Made by a program: the position numbers and the translations under genes. A stretch of DNA of 62,709 nt, counting the filler, from Thelocarpon superellum (Eukaryota): the NCBI GenBank assembly GCA_026025795.1. It is 3 parts of 3 records of this genome, joined end to end, with 100 filler letters (N's around TTAATTAATTAA, not from the genome) between each part and the next. Parts side by side here need not be neighbours in the genome. Positions count along the whole stretch, not along the records: positions 41,952 to 62,709 come from JAPEUG010000319.1; 2 more parts are not named here. One strand, given 5' to 3'. Numbering within the stretch: the first letter of the stretch is position 1; the number at the start of each line of letters is the position of its first letter. Under the pieces are notes generated by a model. It worked only from the letters and a program-made list of their open reading frames with translations. It did not search any database and had not been told where the DNA came from. Positions 62,601 through 62,709 of the stretch are shown piece by piece.

Positions 62601-62709
62601 CACAGACGATAGTCGCGGCGGAGACGATAGCGCCCTCTTCGGGGAGCTCTCTCGCTCCAGGGACGCGACCGGATTCGCAGTCGATGAAAGACCCGATGCA
62701 AGACGTGAC
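59610..62709 (+). CDS. TPP1/Est3-type OB-fold telomere protein (Tpz1-like); 3' partial
   Basis: MDELRDWLKPVI...VVQIHD|FL...ARVSDSVTYVNAVI...GAYLWIRGLEL...LGGAGDKLGGRP (TPP1-OB pattern), DPWK|GISRIRRREIQIPKDQLALL, and C-terminal YEKFQRAYPDY...SLWDDFVYR. Introns 59805-59860 and 60671-60724; frame was open at every point spot-checked up to the window end. Confidence 0.65.

Noticed and set aside
16707..62709. Genome-stability cluster (CTF18, WSS1, PIP-box protein, TPP1-like)
   Set aside because: The genes are spread over three artificially joined contigs, so their linkage is not real.
1..62709. CRISPR arrays, tRNA/rRNA/snoRNA, secondary-metabolite cluster
   Set aside because: Repeats are simple microsatellites without spacers; no cloverleaf, paired C/D boxes or PKS/NRPS motifs were seen by eye.

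Overview
GC-rich filamentous-ascomycete (Pezizomycotina) genomic DNA with short GT-AG introns. It is not one locus: three contigs (1-20934, 21035-41851, 41952-62709; lengths 20934, 20817, 20758, i.e. size-sorted) are joined by artificial 100-nt N44-TTAATTAATTAA-N44 spacers. About 25 protein-coding genes can be supported. Contig 1: a secreted Cys-rich/(SG)n protein, END3, a hypothetical, a STYX-like dual-specificity phosphatase, SPO7, a CLD1/ABHD4-5-like hydrolase, a membrane hypothetical, SCN1/TatD, a Myb-like protein and CTF18. Contig 2: a small GPI cell-wall protein, DUF3712, a Sel1-repeat Nif1/DSF2-like protein, a FAR-17a/AIG1-like protein, WSS1, DUF1776, YTH1 and a CRH-type GH16. Contig 3: PNG1, a PIP-box/Zn-finger hypothetical, an SDR, MEMO1, FAB1, a KP4 killer-toxin-like secreted protein and a TPP1/Est3 OB-fold (Tpz1-like) gene running off the end. 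The best non-obvious signals are: (i) a 90-108 bp mobile element with TGT...ACA termini and different 4-bp TSDs on two contigs, carrying CACGTG boxes upstream of CTF18 and the TPP1-like gene; (ii) the KP4-like gene; (iii) a possible CUG-initiated mitochondrial presequence on the CLD1-like gene; (iv) a STYX relative that keeps the catalytic Cys; (v) a PIP-box/Zn-finger orphan. No tRNA, rRNA or CRISPR was recognised. Family assignments come from motif recognition by eye, not database searches.
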